The translations under genes and the position numbers were made by a program. A model generated the notes under the pieces. It saw only the letters and a list, made by a program, of their open reading frames with translations, was not told where the DNA came from and made no database searches. From assembly GCA_951406725.2 (NCBI GenBank), contig OX597817.1, forward strand, positions 131,750,001 to 131,814,000: a stretch of DNA of 64,000 bases. Reading direction: 5' to 3'. Positions 1-13,615 of this stretch are shown here, piece by piece (the stretch's first letter is position 1; each line of letters opens with the position of its first letter). The DNA comes from Octopus vulgaris. Taxonomy: Eukaryota.

Positions 1-113
1 ACGATATGTCGAGCTACGGCCACTAGGAGTAAAGTTCAAAAAGTGTAACACGCTGAGATACTGGCATTCACATTTATAATATTATATTATATCATATTAT
101 TATATTATATTAA

Positions 114-330
114 GGCGACGAGCTGGCAGAATAGTTGACACGCCGGGCGAAATTTTTAGCGGTATTTCGTCTGCTGTTAGGTTTTAAGTTCGAATTCTGC
201 CGTGGTCGACTTTGCCTTTCATCCTTTCGGGGTCAATAAAATTAGTACCCGTCATGTACTGCCATCGATGTAATCGACTTAATCCTTTCCCCCAAAATCT
301 GAGGCGTTGGGCTTCCGGTAGAAAGTATTT
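114..330 (+). mobile_element. tRNA-derived SINE, Meta-domain type (family M)
   Basis: tRNA-like head GGCGACGAGCTGGCAGAAT...GTTCGAATTCTGCC, then GTCGACTTTGCCTTTCATCCTTTCGGGGTCAATAAAATTAGTACC, which resembles the Meta/Sauria-SINE central domain. More than 15 related copies occur in the window. Confidence 0.85.
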
Positions 331-419
331 ATTAAAGTTGTAAATGTGACACACTGACATTCGCATTTATTATATAAGATTTGTTTAATTTGGGGGTAAA
401 ATTTATTTCAATTAAAGTG

Positions 420-463
<44 letters not shown>

Positions 464-533
464 GTGTGTGTGTGTGTGCGCGCGTAGTGTGTGTGTGCAT
501 GTATTAAAGAACGTAAAAAAAAAATGATAGTGG

Positions 534-929
534 TTAGTATGTTGGCGACAGGAATTTCTGCCAAAGAGATATGGTTAAACAAAGTTGTAGATCGTCTCCC
601 TCTTTCTCTCACATAACACCCTCTCTTTCTCTCTCTTTTATTATTACTCCCACTGCCACCATCAACACTACTACTTTTGATAAAACATCATCAACTCTCT
701 CGAAATTTCTTTGTCACGCTCTCTCTCAGTTTCTTTTTCTTTTTTTTCTCTCTCTCTCTTTTTCTTTTTTTTCTCTCTCTCTGTGTCTTCGCCACCGCCC
801 TCACCTGTACCTACTATTACTCTGACCCTATCATGAGGACCAGTAGGAGTGTTACTGAAGAGTGAGAGAGGGAGTCTAAGTGTGACACACTGACACACAG
901 AAATTAGTTTGCGCATTTATTATATTAGA
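534..929 (-). mobile_element. Helitron-like non-autonomous element (decayed)
   Basis: Minus strand starts A|TCTAATATAATAAATGCG and ends with a TTGGC..GCCAA hairpin plus CTAA (CTAG-like). Related 5' ends also occur at about 17-80 and 345-379. Confidence 0.45.
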
Positions 930-1027
930 TATAGCTAAAATTATAATGATTGAAGGGCTAAGAGCTTCGTAATGAGCAACTTTGTAACATCTAGTGATTA
1001 GTAACAATAGTAATAGTAATAACAACA

Positions 1028-1111
<84 letters not shown>

Positions 1112-1420
1112 ATACATACATACATACATACATACATACATACATACATACATACATACATAATGCACTGCGAACGCAATGGGATGTGAGTGCGTGTGTA
1201 AGCGCTTTATGGACGTGAAACCCCAGATTAATCCCAGGGTAAAGCCCATATATAAATATCAAAATTTCTGAGACCTGTTATGTGACTATCCTCTACCAAT
1301 CAAATCCTCTTCAAAGCATATACTAATTTGAGTCAGAACTCTCAATAAAAACAGGGCAAACTTCAAACACTAATCAGAAGCCAGACAGCTGCAACATAAG
1401 TCACGTCTTTCTATCTGAAC

Positions 1421-1458
1421 CTTTCGAAAATCAGTGTGAACTGTGAAACCGGTTAAAG
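1421..1458 (+). ncRNA. degenerate hammerhead-like motif, possibly at a Penelope-like 3' end
   Basis: cttt-CGAAAAT-CAG tgtgaa CTG-T-GAAACCGGT-T-aaag: palindromic stem III (ACCGGT) and a decayed core, followed by AATAAA and (TA)n. Confidence 0.35.
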
Positions 1459-1557
1459 CTTCAAATATTTTAATAAAACAATATTTTACCTGTTCTCAGT
1501 GCATTTTTAACTTCTGTTTTTCCTATATTTCTACTCGTCTGGATTAAAATATATTTG

Positions 1558-1619
<62 letters not shown>

Positions 1620-2240
1620 ATGCATACGTATATATGTATATATATGTGTGTAAGTATATGCATGTGTATATATATATACATGCATTATATACCTATATGT
1701 GTATATATATATGCATATATTATATATATATATACATATATATATATATGCATATATTATAATATTATATATATATATATATATATGTATAGATATCAAT
1801 GTATACTTACACACATACATACATGTGTAAATATATGCACACATTCATACATACCTGCGCACTTTTGCACATGAATAATTGCTGGGGAAACAGGGTCTTC
1901 AAGAGAAGTTTTGCAATGTGGTCCGTTGTTGTTTCCTGTTCCCACCCGAGAAAGATGTCAGGCCTCTCCTCATACAGCTCAGAAAATCTCTGGCACTTGT
2001 CTAGCATCTTGAGTCGCACTTGCATCTCTAGTTTCCAGGTTAGTCACTCTCTTATAAGACTTGTCTGTACACAGCATGCCTTATATACATACATGCATAA
2101 GAACATGGTTATGTAGATACACACATACTTGCATACATACATGCATACATACATGCATAATACGTACATAAATGTACATATGCATGCCTACATGTATACA
2201 TACATATGAAGACCCATACATGCATGAGTAAATGCAAACC

Positions 2241-2910
2241 TCACTAGTTCGTCTGAAGGTGTCGGCGATGACCAAGTATATGACATATGAGAAAAAAGAT
2301 GGTGTGTCCGGTTGTGTCCAATCAGTGCGATGTGGGCTCAGAGGGCTCTGCTCTACAGGTCGGGCACTGCTGGTCTGTTGGGAATGAAAGCAAGAAGTTG
2401 TCTCTGGACTGGCGTAGTTCGAGTTTGCCCTGTGCTCTTGCAATCCTGTCCTGTTGGTATGAGGTGGCACCTCAGATGCTGCATACATTGCAGCATCTGC
2501 CAGACATTGTGGGTTTGCGCTTGTGTTTCTCAGGTGCCGGGGTTGATTTCAAAACTCTTTCGTAAGGTTTTAAGTGTATCTTTGAAGTTTTATCCGTTCT
2601 ATTTGCGTGGGCTTGCCTTCCGCCAGTTCCCTGTAAAACAGGGTCTTTGGGAGGCGTGTTGGAGGCAATTTGAGTGACCTGTCCACTTGATTTAAGCTCT
2701 CCTCAGCAATGTGTACACGCTTGGCAGATTACCTCGAGAGAGGATACCAAGCACTTCGTGTGGAAGCAGTCACGTATTTTGGCGTGACGTTCATAAACCG
2801 TCCATCTCTCACAGACGCACAGAAGTGGACGCAGTACAAATGCTTGGTACATCTATCTGGTGACCAGTATAATGCCTCTTCTTTCATACGCTGATTCACT
2901 GGTTCACAGG
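2241..2910 (-). pseudogene. RTE (BovB-like) LINE ORF 3' part, frameshifted
   Basis: Minus-strand translation pieces [26 protein letters not shown] and TRLPKTLFYRELAEGK...FKDTLKTLRKSFEINPGT*E, plus an RIALIGHNR-like C-terminal zinc-finger remnant. These are typical of RTE C-termini. Confidence 0.8.
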
Positions 2911-2912
2911 CA

Positions 2913-3136
2913 TACCTACATACGTACCTACTTACCTACCAACATACCAACCAACCTACCTACCTACCTACCTACCTACCAACCAACCTACCTACCTATC
3001 TACCTACCTACCTACCTACCTACCTACCTACCTACCAACCTACCTACCTACCAACCAACCTACCTACCTACCTACCTACCTACCTACCTACCTACCTACC
3101 TACCTACCTACCTACCTACCTACCTACCTACCTACA
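2913..3136 (+). repeat. (CCTA)n/(CCAA)n tetranucleotide microsatellite
   Basis: Direct reading of the sequence. Confidence 0.95.
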
Positions 3137-3255
3137 GATAAATGCCCATGCATACCTTTATGTATATATATATATAGACACATTCATACATACAAACATA
3201 CATACATACATACACATATATTGGTTTCAAATTTTGAATATATATGTATATTTCT

Positions 3256-4078
3256 GAAGGCGCCTTGGCTAGTGTCCTGATGATTTGCGACGGGTATCAA
3301 AGTGCCGACAACGTGGTTGCTGTCCAGCGCTCTGTGTGTAGTGTAACGGCTGTGAGAAGTGACATGAACAGCTGAAACTGAAAGAACGAAGCCATGTCCG
3401 ATGGAAAGTGAACCACAACACGTTCTGTATCGGAACTTCGGAATTCCTCTCCACATTTTTGAACATGGTCTTAGGGTCAGTTCAGACAACTATGTAAAGC
3501 TGCTGGAGAACGTAGTCACCTTTTGCCGGACAGGATTGCTGCTGGAAGACCACATCAGTGACAGTAGGTTTCACTTCTTTGCCATACCTCTGGGAAGTGT
3601 CAGAAGTTGTAGTCAGAGAATTTCTATGAGAATTTCAATAATTTTCCCAACCTCAATTCCTGGCCTATTTCCCCCGCCCCACACATAGTAATCCTATAGA
3701 TGTTTTGGAAGCAGCATGCGCATACAGGTGCTACTACTCGGGAGCTCCGCATACCAGAAGCCAGCAAATGTATGCGGTTATTAGGAGAGAATGCGCGCCG
3801 TTTCGGGGCCTACATCTCGAAAGCATAATTGCGCACCGGCCCCGCTCACCACATGAGGAGCCGCTTGCTATATCAACTGGTTATCAAATTATCTAGTATT
3901 ACCATGGATTACTATGTGTGGGTCACAATTGAGAGACACCAACCGCTCTGCCGGCAACACCAAGCTAGTTGACAAGGTATTCGAACATCTTCCCAGGAAC
4001 ACAGTGAGAAACGTAGGCGCCAGATACCGCAACCATCTTGAGGCCGTAGTTGAAGCTGAGTGTGACTACTTTGAGTAA
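3256..4078 (+). pseudogene. Tc1/mariner-superfamily (DD37D/maT-like) transposase remnant with internal insertion
   Basis: PLHIFEHGLRVSSDNYVKLLENVV, RIAAGRP, CHTSGKCQKL*SENFY, WP-SP, then an insertion at about 3678-3900, then PMDYYVWVTIER and RYRNHLEAVVEAECDYFE*. Confidence 0.8.
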
Positions 4079-4190
4079 GCTGTTATATCATAACCATAAT
4101 GGAGTTCATATTCTTTAATTTTGGGTTAGGATATTGTGATCTCTTTTCCTTTTAGGCGGACTGTTAAATTTACCCTTAACTCTCTCTCTC

Positions 4191-4277
<87 letters not shown>

Positions 4278-4281
<4 letters not shown>

Positions 4282-4704
4282 AAACAAGTCAAAAATAGAA
4301 AATGCTAAAATAATTTTATAGTGAACATTTCAGTACCGGTTTCGGTCATTTTGAGATCTTTTCAACTGTAACGATTAAATAATTAAATTTAGAAAAATTA
4401 GAAGAAAAGTTTTTTTAAAGGAATATTTCTATAGTAGTGTTCAGATATAAGTGGCATTCTGCCTTTCTCTGACTCCCTTGTTTGCACTTGTGTGTTCGAG
4501 GTCGTGGAGTCAGAGAAAGGCAGAATGCCACTTATATCTGAACACTACTATAGAAATATTCCTTTAAAAAAACTTTTCTTCTAATTTTTCTAAATTTAAT
4601 TATTTAATCGTTACAGTTAAAAAGGTCTCAAAATGACCGAAACCGGTACTGAAATGTTCACTATAAAATTATTTTAGCATTTTCTATTTTTGACTTGTTT
4701 TTTC
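4278..4704. repeat. 199-bp near-perfect inverted repeat (arms 4278-4476 and 4506-4704, 29-bp spacer) between (TA)n tracts; each arm carries a hammerhead-like motif
   Basis: The arms are reverse complements with only 2 mismatches seen. Motif cag-TTRAAAA-GRTC tcaaaat GACC-GAAACCGGT-A-ctg at 4614-4651 (+) and 4331-4368 (-). Confidence 0.9.
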
Positions 4705-4739
4705 ATATATATCAACTCGTGTGTTCCTTTTCACCCTTA

Positions 4740-4779
<40 letters not shown>

Positions 4780-4857
4780 GAGTGTGTGTGTATGTATGTA
4801 GATGTAAATATGTATATATAGATGCATACATATATATATATGTATATATATATAGAT

Positions 4858-4951
<94 letters not shown>

Positions 4952-5430
4952 TTATGTATAGATGCATCTAGACATAATCACATATACACATAATTACAAT
5001 GCAGCTACCATGGGATAAGAAAAAGTTACTCAGCTCCGTATTTGCTGACATTGTTATGAGTCACTCTAAGAATGGCAATTCCATTAGCATAAACACCATT
5101 TGCGTGTACAGTGTTGAATGAGTTGTCATATCCATTTTATTTTTAAGTCTCGACAAAAACACATAAATTACGAAATTATTTTGTCGAGCGTAGCTGTGTG
5201 CCATGGTTGTGTTGTTTGGAAGGTTGCGTTGCAGCCACGGGGTTTCCGGTTCAGTCTCACTGGGTGGCAACTTTGACAAGTTTTATTCTACTACAGCCCT
5301 GTTCGACCGATCACTTGAGAGTGAATTTGGTAAACAGATACTACGTGGAAACCACATTGTCTCTCTCTCTCTATCTGTCTGTCTCCCTCTTTCCCTCCAT
5401 CTCTCCCTCTCTTTCCCCCCCTCTCTCTCT

Positions 5431-5472
<42 letters not shown>

Positions 5473-5478
5473 TTACAT

Positions 5479-7062
5479 AGGTGCAGGCGTAGGTGTGTAG
5501 TAAGAAACTTGCTTTCCAACCGGTTCAGTCCCACAGTGTGGCTTCTACTATAGCCTCGGGCTAACCAAAGCCACGTGAGTAGATTTTGTAGACGGAAACT
5601 GGAAGAAGCCTGTCGTGTATATATATATATATATCACTCACCTCCCACATCATTAAAGTGTTTGAAAGAGTGTTAAGATCAAGGACAGCTGACTTCCTGG
5701 AGACCCACAAACTCCTAAATGCAAATCAGCATGGCTTTCGCTGTGGCAGGGACTGTCTAACACAGCTCTTACACCACATTGAAGATATACTCAAAGCCTT
5801 GGGAACAGGTTCTAACTCTGATGTCACATAGCTTGACTTCAGTAAAGCGTTCGACAGGGTTGACCATAATATCCCACTCTCAAAATTGGCAAATGTTGGA
5901 ATCCGTGGAGAACTTCTACACTGGATTAAGTATTTCCTGGCGAATAGAACACAACATGTTGTAGTCGATGGAGTCCACTCAAGCCCAGCAAAGGTCACCA
6001 GCGGTGTCCCCCTGTGGGCTGTCTTGGGCCCGCTACTCTTTATAATTTACATAAACGACCTTTCCAGTGTCGTACATTAATGCAAAGTGAAAATATTTGC
6101 TGATGACACTAAGCTCCAGCAAATCGTCAATGAAGAAGCAGACCGAACTCAACTCCAGTCTGATCTATATGCTGTGAGTCAATGGGCAGACAGAAACAAA
6201 ATGCAACTGAACGAGGGAAAATTTGAGCTGGTGCATTTTGGAAGAAATTCCTCACTAAAACAGCCATACTCTCTGCCTTCACAGCCTCTAACAATATCAG
6301 AGACCTGGGCGGAATTGTTGATGACGAGCTCAGTTGGAGTGCACATATCAACAATAAGGTCGATATAGCTCGTAGGATGAATTCCTGGATCTTAAGAACT
6401 TTCCGGTCCAGAGAACAAGGTGTCATCATACCACTTTTCTCCTCCTTTGTACGGCCACACCTCGAACACTGCTGCCCCCTGTGGTCTCCCCATACAATAC
6501 AAAACATCTCGAGGATTGAATCACCCCAGAGGGCACTCACTAAACGAATTAAAGGCATGGCTGCTCTCGATTATTGGGACCGCCTTAAAGCCTTGAAACT
6601 CTACTCCCTCCAGCGTCGCCGTGAGCGGTACATCATTTGTACGATGTGGAGGATATACCGCCAACTTTGCCCAAACGACCTGAACATTAGCTTCAAGGTT
6701 CATCCAAGCCTGAGACCACGGGCCATACGTCCCCTGCCCAATTCAAGATCACAGCATACATGTACACTGCAACATAATTTCTTTTCCTCAACAGGCCCTG
6801 CCCTATTTAACATTGTCCCGAAAGAGACCAAAGAGGAAAAGGATCCCATCAACTTTAAACGGAGTCTGGATAGAATCCTTCAAGGAATACCAGATAAGCC
6901 ACCCATAATTGGATACAACTCACCCAACAAAAACTCACTACTTGAATGAACCATAAACAAAACTTGACTTAAACAGGATTTAGATACTCCTATCAGGTGG
7001 TGCTATTAATTTAGACATCACATGGACCAATCTTTGGTCGAATCATATCTAAGTTTTATCTA

Positions 7063-7128
<66 letters not shown>

Positions 7129-7352
7129 TATATATTTACGTTATATGTGTGTGTCTGTGCTTGTCACACCCCACCTCTTTACAGCCGGTGTCGTTTTGTT
7201 TACATTAACATAACATAGTGGTTCGTCAAAAGACTCCGATAGAATAAATACCAGACTTAGAAATGTACACTGGGTTCGAAAACCCTCACCAGCGGGGTCC
7301 CATCATGGCCGTAATCCAATGACTATAACAAGTAAACGATATAGAAGATAAA
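5479..7352 (+). mobile_element. bipartite tRNA-SINE (family B), split by a CR1 insertion in its internal microsatellite
   Basis: Head AGGTGCAGGCGTAGGTGTGTAGTAAG...GAAGCCTGTCGT at 5479-5617 and tail ...CCGATAGAATAAATACCAG...CATGGCCGTAATCCAATGACT at about 7145-7352 flank the LINE. Confidence 0.7.
5635..7067 (+). pseudogene. 5'-truncated CR1-type non-LTR retrotransposon (RT domain, C-terminus, 3' UTR)
   Basis: QHGFRCGRDCLTQLL, LDFSKAFDRVDH, SGVPLWAVLGPLLFIIYINDL, KIFADDTKL, FVRPHLEHCCPLWSPH, LKLYSLQRRRERY, with stops and frameshifts. Ends in a short tandem (ATCTAAGTTT)2 tail. Confidence 0.92.
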
Positions 7353-7365
7353 GTGTAATTGAAAG

Positions 7366-7532
7366 TTTTTTCTTGAAGTCTCCTCCAGTATTTAACTGGT
7401 ATTTATTTCATAGACCCCGTATGAATGAAAGGCAAGGTGGACCTCGGTGAAATTTGAATACAGAACACAAAGTGGAATGATAGGCCGCTAAGCATTTTGT
7501 CCGGCATGATCAGGATTCTGCTATCTGTCCGC
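7366..7532 (-). mobile_element. family M SINE, old copy
   Basis: Reverse complement of the Meta-like domain (GAATGAAAGGCAAGGTGGACCTCGG) and of the head. Confidence 0.7.
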
Positions 7533-7622
7533 GCAATTTAATGGATAAGATATTCTTAAATGGTGAAGGACAGAAACAAACAACAGAGATCAATTGAAAA
7601 TACCGACAAACCTATAAACATT

Positions 7623-8020
7623 TCCTATTATAAATTTGAGTGGTGATTCTTGTCCGTTACGTTTTTATGTTCGCTAACTCCTCCTAGACCGTTGGGCAAG
7701 GGTAACGAATCTCAAACCAGCAACTCCCCTAATATCAGGGAATGTCCTAAGGGCGTCTATTTTTTTTAATGGCTGCTTCCCCTATTATTACTGTATTTTA
7801 AACTAGATACATGGCATTGGCGACCAAATCGGAGCAATGACAATGAATTTCATATCATGAACTCCTAGGGAATATCGTAAAAGGTTCAATATCTAAAGGG
7901 CCGCTTAAATGGGGCCCCACAGATCACCCCACTACTTTTACTGCACTTACCTCACTCCTAGGCTTATTGATTAAACTATGATCAATATCAGTCCTTAAAA
8001 CATTTGCAGAAATAAGTTTG
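7623..8020 (+). mobile_element. Helitron-like family H2, 5' part
   Basis: Reverse-complement homology with 51357-51758 over about 380 bp (e.g. GGCATTGGCGACCAAATCGG, TGATTAAACTATGATCA). Confidence 0.6.
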
Positions 8021-8469
8021 CGCATTCTAAATATCTTCACGTACCTTCAAATCAAGATAAAGAGTCATAACAGGTACGTTTGAAGTGTGGTAGTATGGAT
8101 AATTATATTTTGTAGTTCATGAAACTTATGTGTAGAATATGTATAATTATACAGAATATAATGATAATTAAGGGGTCAGAAGCCACTGTGCCTGTATGCT
8201 AGAAAAATACGCCAAATAGTCCAACAACGACAAGATTCGCTTCAATATACACAAGTATATACAGCCTCTTTTTGCATATACCTGTGTATATTGAAGCTAA
8301 TCTTGGTGGGGCGGTGGTGGGGAACTATTGAGAAAACGTCAGCATCCAGATACATTTTCATATTAAATCTGAATATAAGTATTGGCATTAAATTAATATT
8401 GATACGTGTGTATATATGAGTATATACGTGTGCGCAATACATACATACAATATACATATATACATATAC

Positions 8470-8965
<496 letters not shown>

Positions 8966-9295
8966 CAGTATTCGTCTATAAATCTGTAATTTGAATGAGT
9001 TGGACATGGAAACAATTGTAGGCAAATGCAAACTGACAATATGTATAAGTTTAACTTTGGTATGATGCCTCCCCGTTGGCCATGCAGGAAGGCGGCAGTC
9101 AGGCCAATATTCCTCGGTGATGGGAAGGCTAGTCCCTCTCAGGATTAGACATTTGCCGAGCCGATCAGTAAAGTGGAGCAACGTAAAATGAAGGGCTTTG
9201 CTCAAGAGCTCAACGCGCAGCCGTTCAGAGAATCGAAATCACGATCTTACTATCGTGTGCGCAACGCCCCTCACTGCTGAGAGTGAGCACCGTCT

Positions 9296-9326
<31 letters not shown>

Positions 9327-10473
9327 ATACATCGCGTACGCACACACACACAAATATATACCAAACATACACACATCCACATCCACATGCACACATATAT
9401 AAACTGACGTACACACACGCACACACCACGCACACATATATACATACATTCACACACGAAACCAAATACTTTAAGAAAAATATGGAAAGAGAAGTTTGGA
9501 GCAGATCAAGATAGAAGTATATAAATGATGTATATAACGTTCAACATCAATATTTGCATATTTAATTTGATTAGAATATTAATGAAATGGACCCCATTTG
9601 CATATAATTACGAACAAGTGCATACTAATACATAATTCATATTTTCGTATCCCTATGTATTACTATCGATAATATCATTGATATCATTTCAGCGCATGCC
9701 CATACAGTACTCTCCAAACCTTGACACATCTGTATACAATTATATACACAGTAACAGTGTCGAATATTGAATCTAAACAATTTTAATAGTAATTATATTC
9801 CATTCCGTAACATACTAACATTGAGAAAGGAATTTAATATAAGCTTGGCTAAATAAAAGCACGTTTATGCAGTTACGTTTGCTCGTCTTAAACCTATTCA
9901 TTATTGAATTTCTGGTACCAATTTTCTTGTATTTCTTATTATATTACTAATTCTATTTCTGCCAAGGGATTACCAGCATTGCGCCATTTATGCAACGAAC
10001 GGACAGATGCTAGCTTTGTTGTATTGGGATGTTAGTTTACATCGGTTCATCGTCTCATAGGAAAACTCAAATACAAAGGAAACGTTACAAAGTGTCTTAA
10101 CTCAACCAGCACGATTTTCCAATCTGATGGATCGCGTCAGAAAAGCTCCGAATTGGTACCATTTTTTAATTCGTTTCTTAGAAATTATATATTGGTTTAT
10201 TGATAATCTTGTCCAATTAATATATGTCACCCTTGTTGATTATAAATTAAATTAAGCGCAGGCGTGGATATGTACTAACAGATTTGCTTCTAAAGCACAC
10301 AGTTTTTGGTTCATTCCTACTCCGTGGTGCATTGAGAAAGTGACTTCTGCTAAAGCTCTGGGCCGATCGAAGCCTTCTGAATGGATTGGGCAAACATATT
10401 TACATGCTATTATTTATAAATTTATTTGCTTCGAAATGCATTATTCCCTCAAAAAGATGCAGCACGGAATTTT

Positions 10474-10517
10474 TTCAGTGAACAGGTCGCGGTCTCAAAT
10501 AGACGAAAGTATAGCAA
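10474..10517 (+). ncRNA. degenerate hammerhead-like motif with G3:C8 core (GTGAACA)
   Basis: tca-GTGAACA-G-GTC...GAC-GAAA. Stems I and III are eroded. The element ends at (TA)n near 10595. Confidence 0.3.
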
Positions 10518-10592
10518 ATTAAATTCAAATGTTGAAGCGAATCTAACGGTTTTTGTGTGTCTCTAAATGGCTTATAAACACCCTCCATGCTG

Positions 10593-10633
<41 letters not shown>

Positions 10634-10830
10634 TCTTTTACCTGTTTCAGTCATTTGACTGTGGTTATGCGGGAGCAACGCCTTTAGTCGAAGAAATTGA
10701 TCCTAGAACTTATTCATTGTTAGCCTAGTACTTATTCTATCGGTCTCTTTTGCCGAACCGCTAGTTTAGGGGACGTAAACACACCAACATCGGTTGTCAA
10801 GCGATGGTGAGAGAGGGGCAAAAACAGGCT
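10634..10830 (-). mobile_element. family B SINE tail
   Basis: GTTTCAGTCATTTGACTGTGG...GCCGAACCGCTAG...ACACCAACATCGGTTGTCAAGCGATGG. Confidence 0.85.
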
Positions 10831-11115
10831 CACAGACATATGCATATGTGTTTCTTTGTCTTTGCGTATGTCAACGGCTCACCGAGACCGATAAAATAAC
10901 TACCAGATCTGAAAATCCTTCGCGGAGGTACCTCATTAAAAGGTAGAAATATTTTCGACCCACAGCAACTAGCGTTTTAAATTTAGTTTATAATTACACG
11001 AAGCCGTAATTATAAGTGTTAACGCGATAATCCGTTTGTTCCATTGATTATCTCGTTACTGGCATATTTACCGTGGTTGCTGAACTCTTTTATTGTTGTA
11101 TTTGTTTAGCCACGT

Positions 11116-11430
11116 GGCTGCACATAACTTAGTAGTTAGAGCAGCGGACTCGCGGTCGGGGGATCGCGGGTTCGAATCTCAGACCGGGCGATGTGTGTAT
11201 TTATGAATGAAACCCCCAAGTTCCACGCGGTTACGGCAGAAGCTAATAGTGAACTTCTGCTGACTCTTTCGCCACAACTTTCTCTCTCTCACTCCTCCTG
11301 CATCTAGCAGTTTACCTGCGATGGACCGGCGTCCCGTCCAAGTGGGGAACCTCTACGCCAATGAAACCGGGAAACCGTCCCTTATGAGCCAGGTATGGCT
11401 CGAGAAGGGAAAGACAACAACAATAACAAC
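11116..11430 (+). mobile_element. tRNA-SINE, head A + tail Y (V-SINE-like tail, (ACA)n end)
   Basis: Same head as 8588. Different tail CCTGCGATGGACCGGCGTCCCGTCCA...GAAACCGGGAAACCG. Confidence 0.75.
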
Positions 11431-11544
11431 ATCATTTGTTTAGCCACACATTAACCCGGATCGATTATACATGGAATCGAAGGCACCACAGTAGTGATCA
11501 TTGGATCATTTAAGAGTTTTAACATTTTCCGAATCGCTAAGTTA

Positions 11545-11810
11545 CAAGAATGTAAATACACCAACACCGGTTGTCAAATGGTGATGGGTGACAAACACGG
11601 ACACACACACGCACACACACAGACACACAGACACACACGCACACACACAGATATATGACAAGCTTCTTTCAGTTTCTGTCTAGCAAATCCATTCACAATG
11701 CTTTGATCGGCCCGAGGCTTTAGTAGAAAACACTTGCGCGAGATGTCACGCGGTGGAACTGAACCCGGAACGATGTGGTTGGGAAGCAAATTTCTTACGA
11801 TACTGCCACG
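11545..11810 (-). mobile_element. family B SINE
   Basis: Tail part, internal (CA)n, then the head reverse complement CTTTCAGTTTCTGTCTAGCAAATCC...TGTGGTTGGGAAGCAA. Confidence 0.8.
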
Positions 11811-12464
11811 GCGAATAATAGTTATTGCATGATTGACATTTGGCTGTCAAACTTAAATTACCCACGCTCTGTCAGATTCGGTTCGCTGAATAAGTCACCA
11901 CCCTTAACGCTTGACATCGTTTCAGGTGTTTATCGACTCCTTGGATCACCAGGTAGACCCCACCATAGTGGTAGTGTTAAGAGGGTTTTTTTCCTTTTAA
12001 ATGTCTGACAATTTTCGGATTTAATGTAATAACGTGACATCTCGTTAACACTTGTGTTAGGCCTAAACTGTAAGTAGATCCATATTAAAAGGTGACCTGA
12101 ACTGTACCACAGATTTCTGCTTTGTTGAACATCACAATCAGTGATGCAGTGCAAATCAACTAAAAGGTTACGTAGCTGTAATCTCTCATAAATGCTATAA
12201 TTAACAAATTGAATCGCTATGGTCACATACACGCAATTACACCAACACACACACATATACACATATATTCACACATGTACACATACCTACAGATACGGGT
12301 TTATCCGGTCAATGACGAAGCTTTTATGGAGTCAAACGCTTTCCTCGAAATAGCAGCCAAATCTTGCAGACATAACCCATCTGGACTATTTTCTTTTTGT
12401 TTTACTAGTTAGTACAAGGACAAGACCGATGAAACTATGTTTTTTTATTATTATGCTATTAATA

Positions 12465-12526
<62 letters not shown>

Positions 12527-12779
12527 TAATTAATTTATTTATTTTGTTGGGGTGGGGTCCCAAAATGTAGAAGACAGACAGGCAGTTATTCCGGTTCGAG
12601 AAGAACGATGCGGGATGACGTGAACCTTGGCAGGGACGGAGAGTTATGCCTAATTCAGAAACCGTAGCATGTCGTTGTACATAGTCTAGTACTATAACGA
12701 AAAGCCTGACCTGAGCAGTTTACTGTTGACCAAAGAAAGCGTAAATCGAAGAGAAAATCAACAGTATAGAAGAAACAGA

Positions 12780-13615
12780 CGACAGTAGACAAACCACCAC
12801 AGTATGGAAAGCCAATATGGAAACTTGTCTGGTTGTAAATCTTAGCCATCTCGAAACTAAAGACAAGCAACCAAAAAGATCAACTAGCGGGCTGGGAAAA
12901 CCTCTTTGAAAAATTGATCAACCACAAGACTCCCGCAGACAATTTCGTTGTGACATTGATCTCACCGCCGCTCACTAATATTCTAACTGGTGGAATTATC
13001 TTTGGTGACGTATTAACTGCTTCTAACGAGCTCAAGATCGGGAAATCGTGTGATGTAGATGGTGTGTTTCCAGAGGTTCTTCCGAATCTTGCGTTAGTTC
13101 TTTTACTTTTTCTTACTCTAAACTTTTCTCAGATCACAGCTCAAGCGCCATCGGAATTCAAGTTGAGTCGCATGATACCTTTTCCGGAAAAAGTGGAGAT
13201 ACGGCTCGTAACGTGACATTAACCTGATATCATGTTATGCCAAACACATCAACAGTACCAAGCTCAAACGCAATCCGAGACCCTAACGAAATATTAATCA
13301 CATCAAGGCAAAACGGCTTTCACAAAGGTTGCTCCAAACGCTTTCTCCACTCATTGAATACATCTCAGTAAAGAAAGATATTTTTTATGTAGCATCGTCT
13401 TTGTGGATTCCCCCAAAGCTTTTGGCTCTGAGCCAATGTTTCAGATTCTCTCTGCTTATGGATAATGAAGTTAAGATGCAAAAGTTATCCACCCTCTCTA
13501 TTCAGATTGCAATTGTTTAGTATGCACCCCTGACAGAGTCAGCGACACATATGCTGTCAGCGCAGGAGTTCTCCAAGGTCAGAACTTTGCGGCCTTCCTT
13601 TCCATGATAGACTTG
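12780..13615 (+). pseudogene. old RTE-like LINE reverse transcriptase remnant
   Basis: LKIGKSCDVDGVFPEVL (K.GKAAGPDG-like), RQNGFHKGCS, FVDSPKAF, AGVLQG...FLS, in shifting frames. Confidence 0.65.

Noticed and set aside
1807-2080. 72-aa minus-strand ORF with normal composition
   Set aside because: No recognisable domain or clear splice context. Probably TE-derived, left unassigned.
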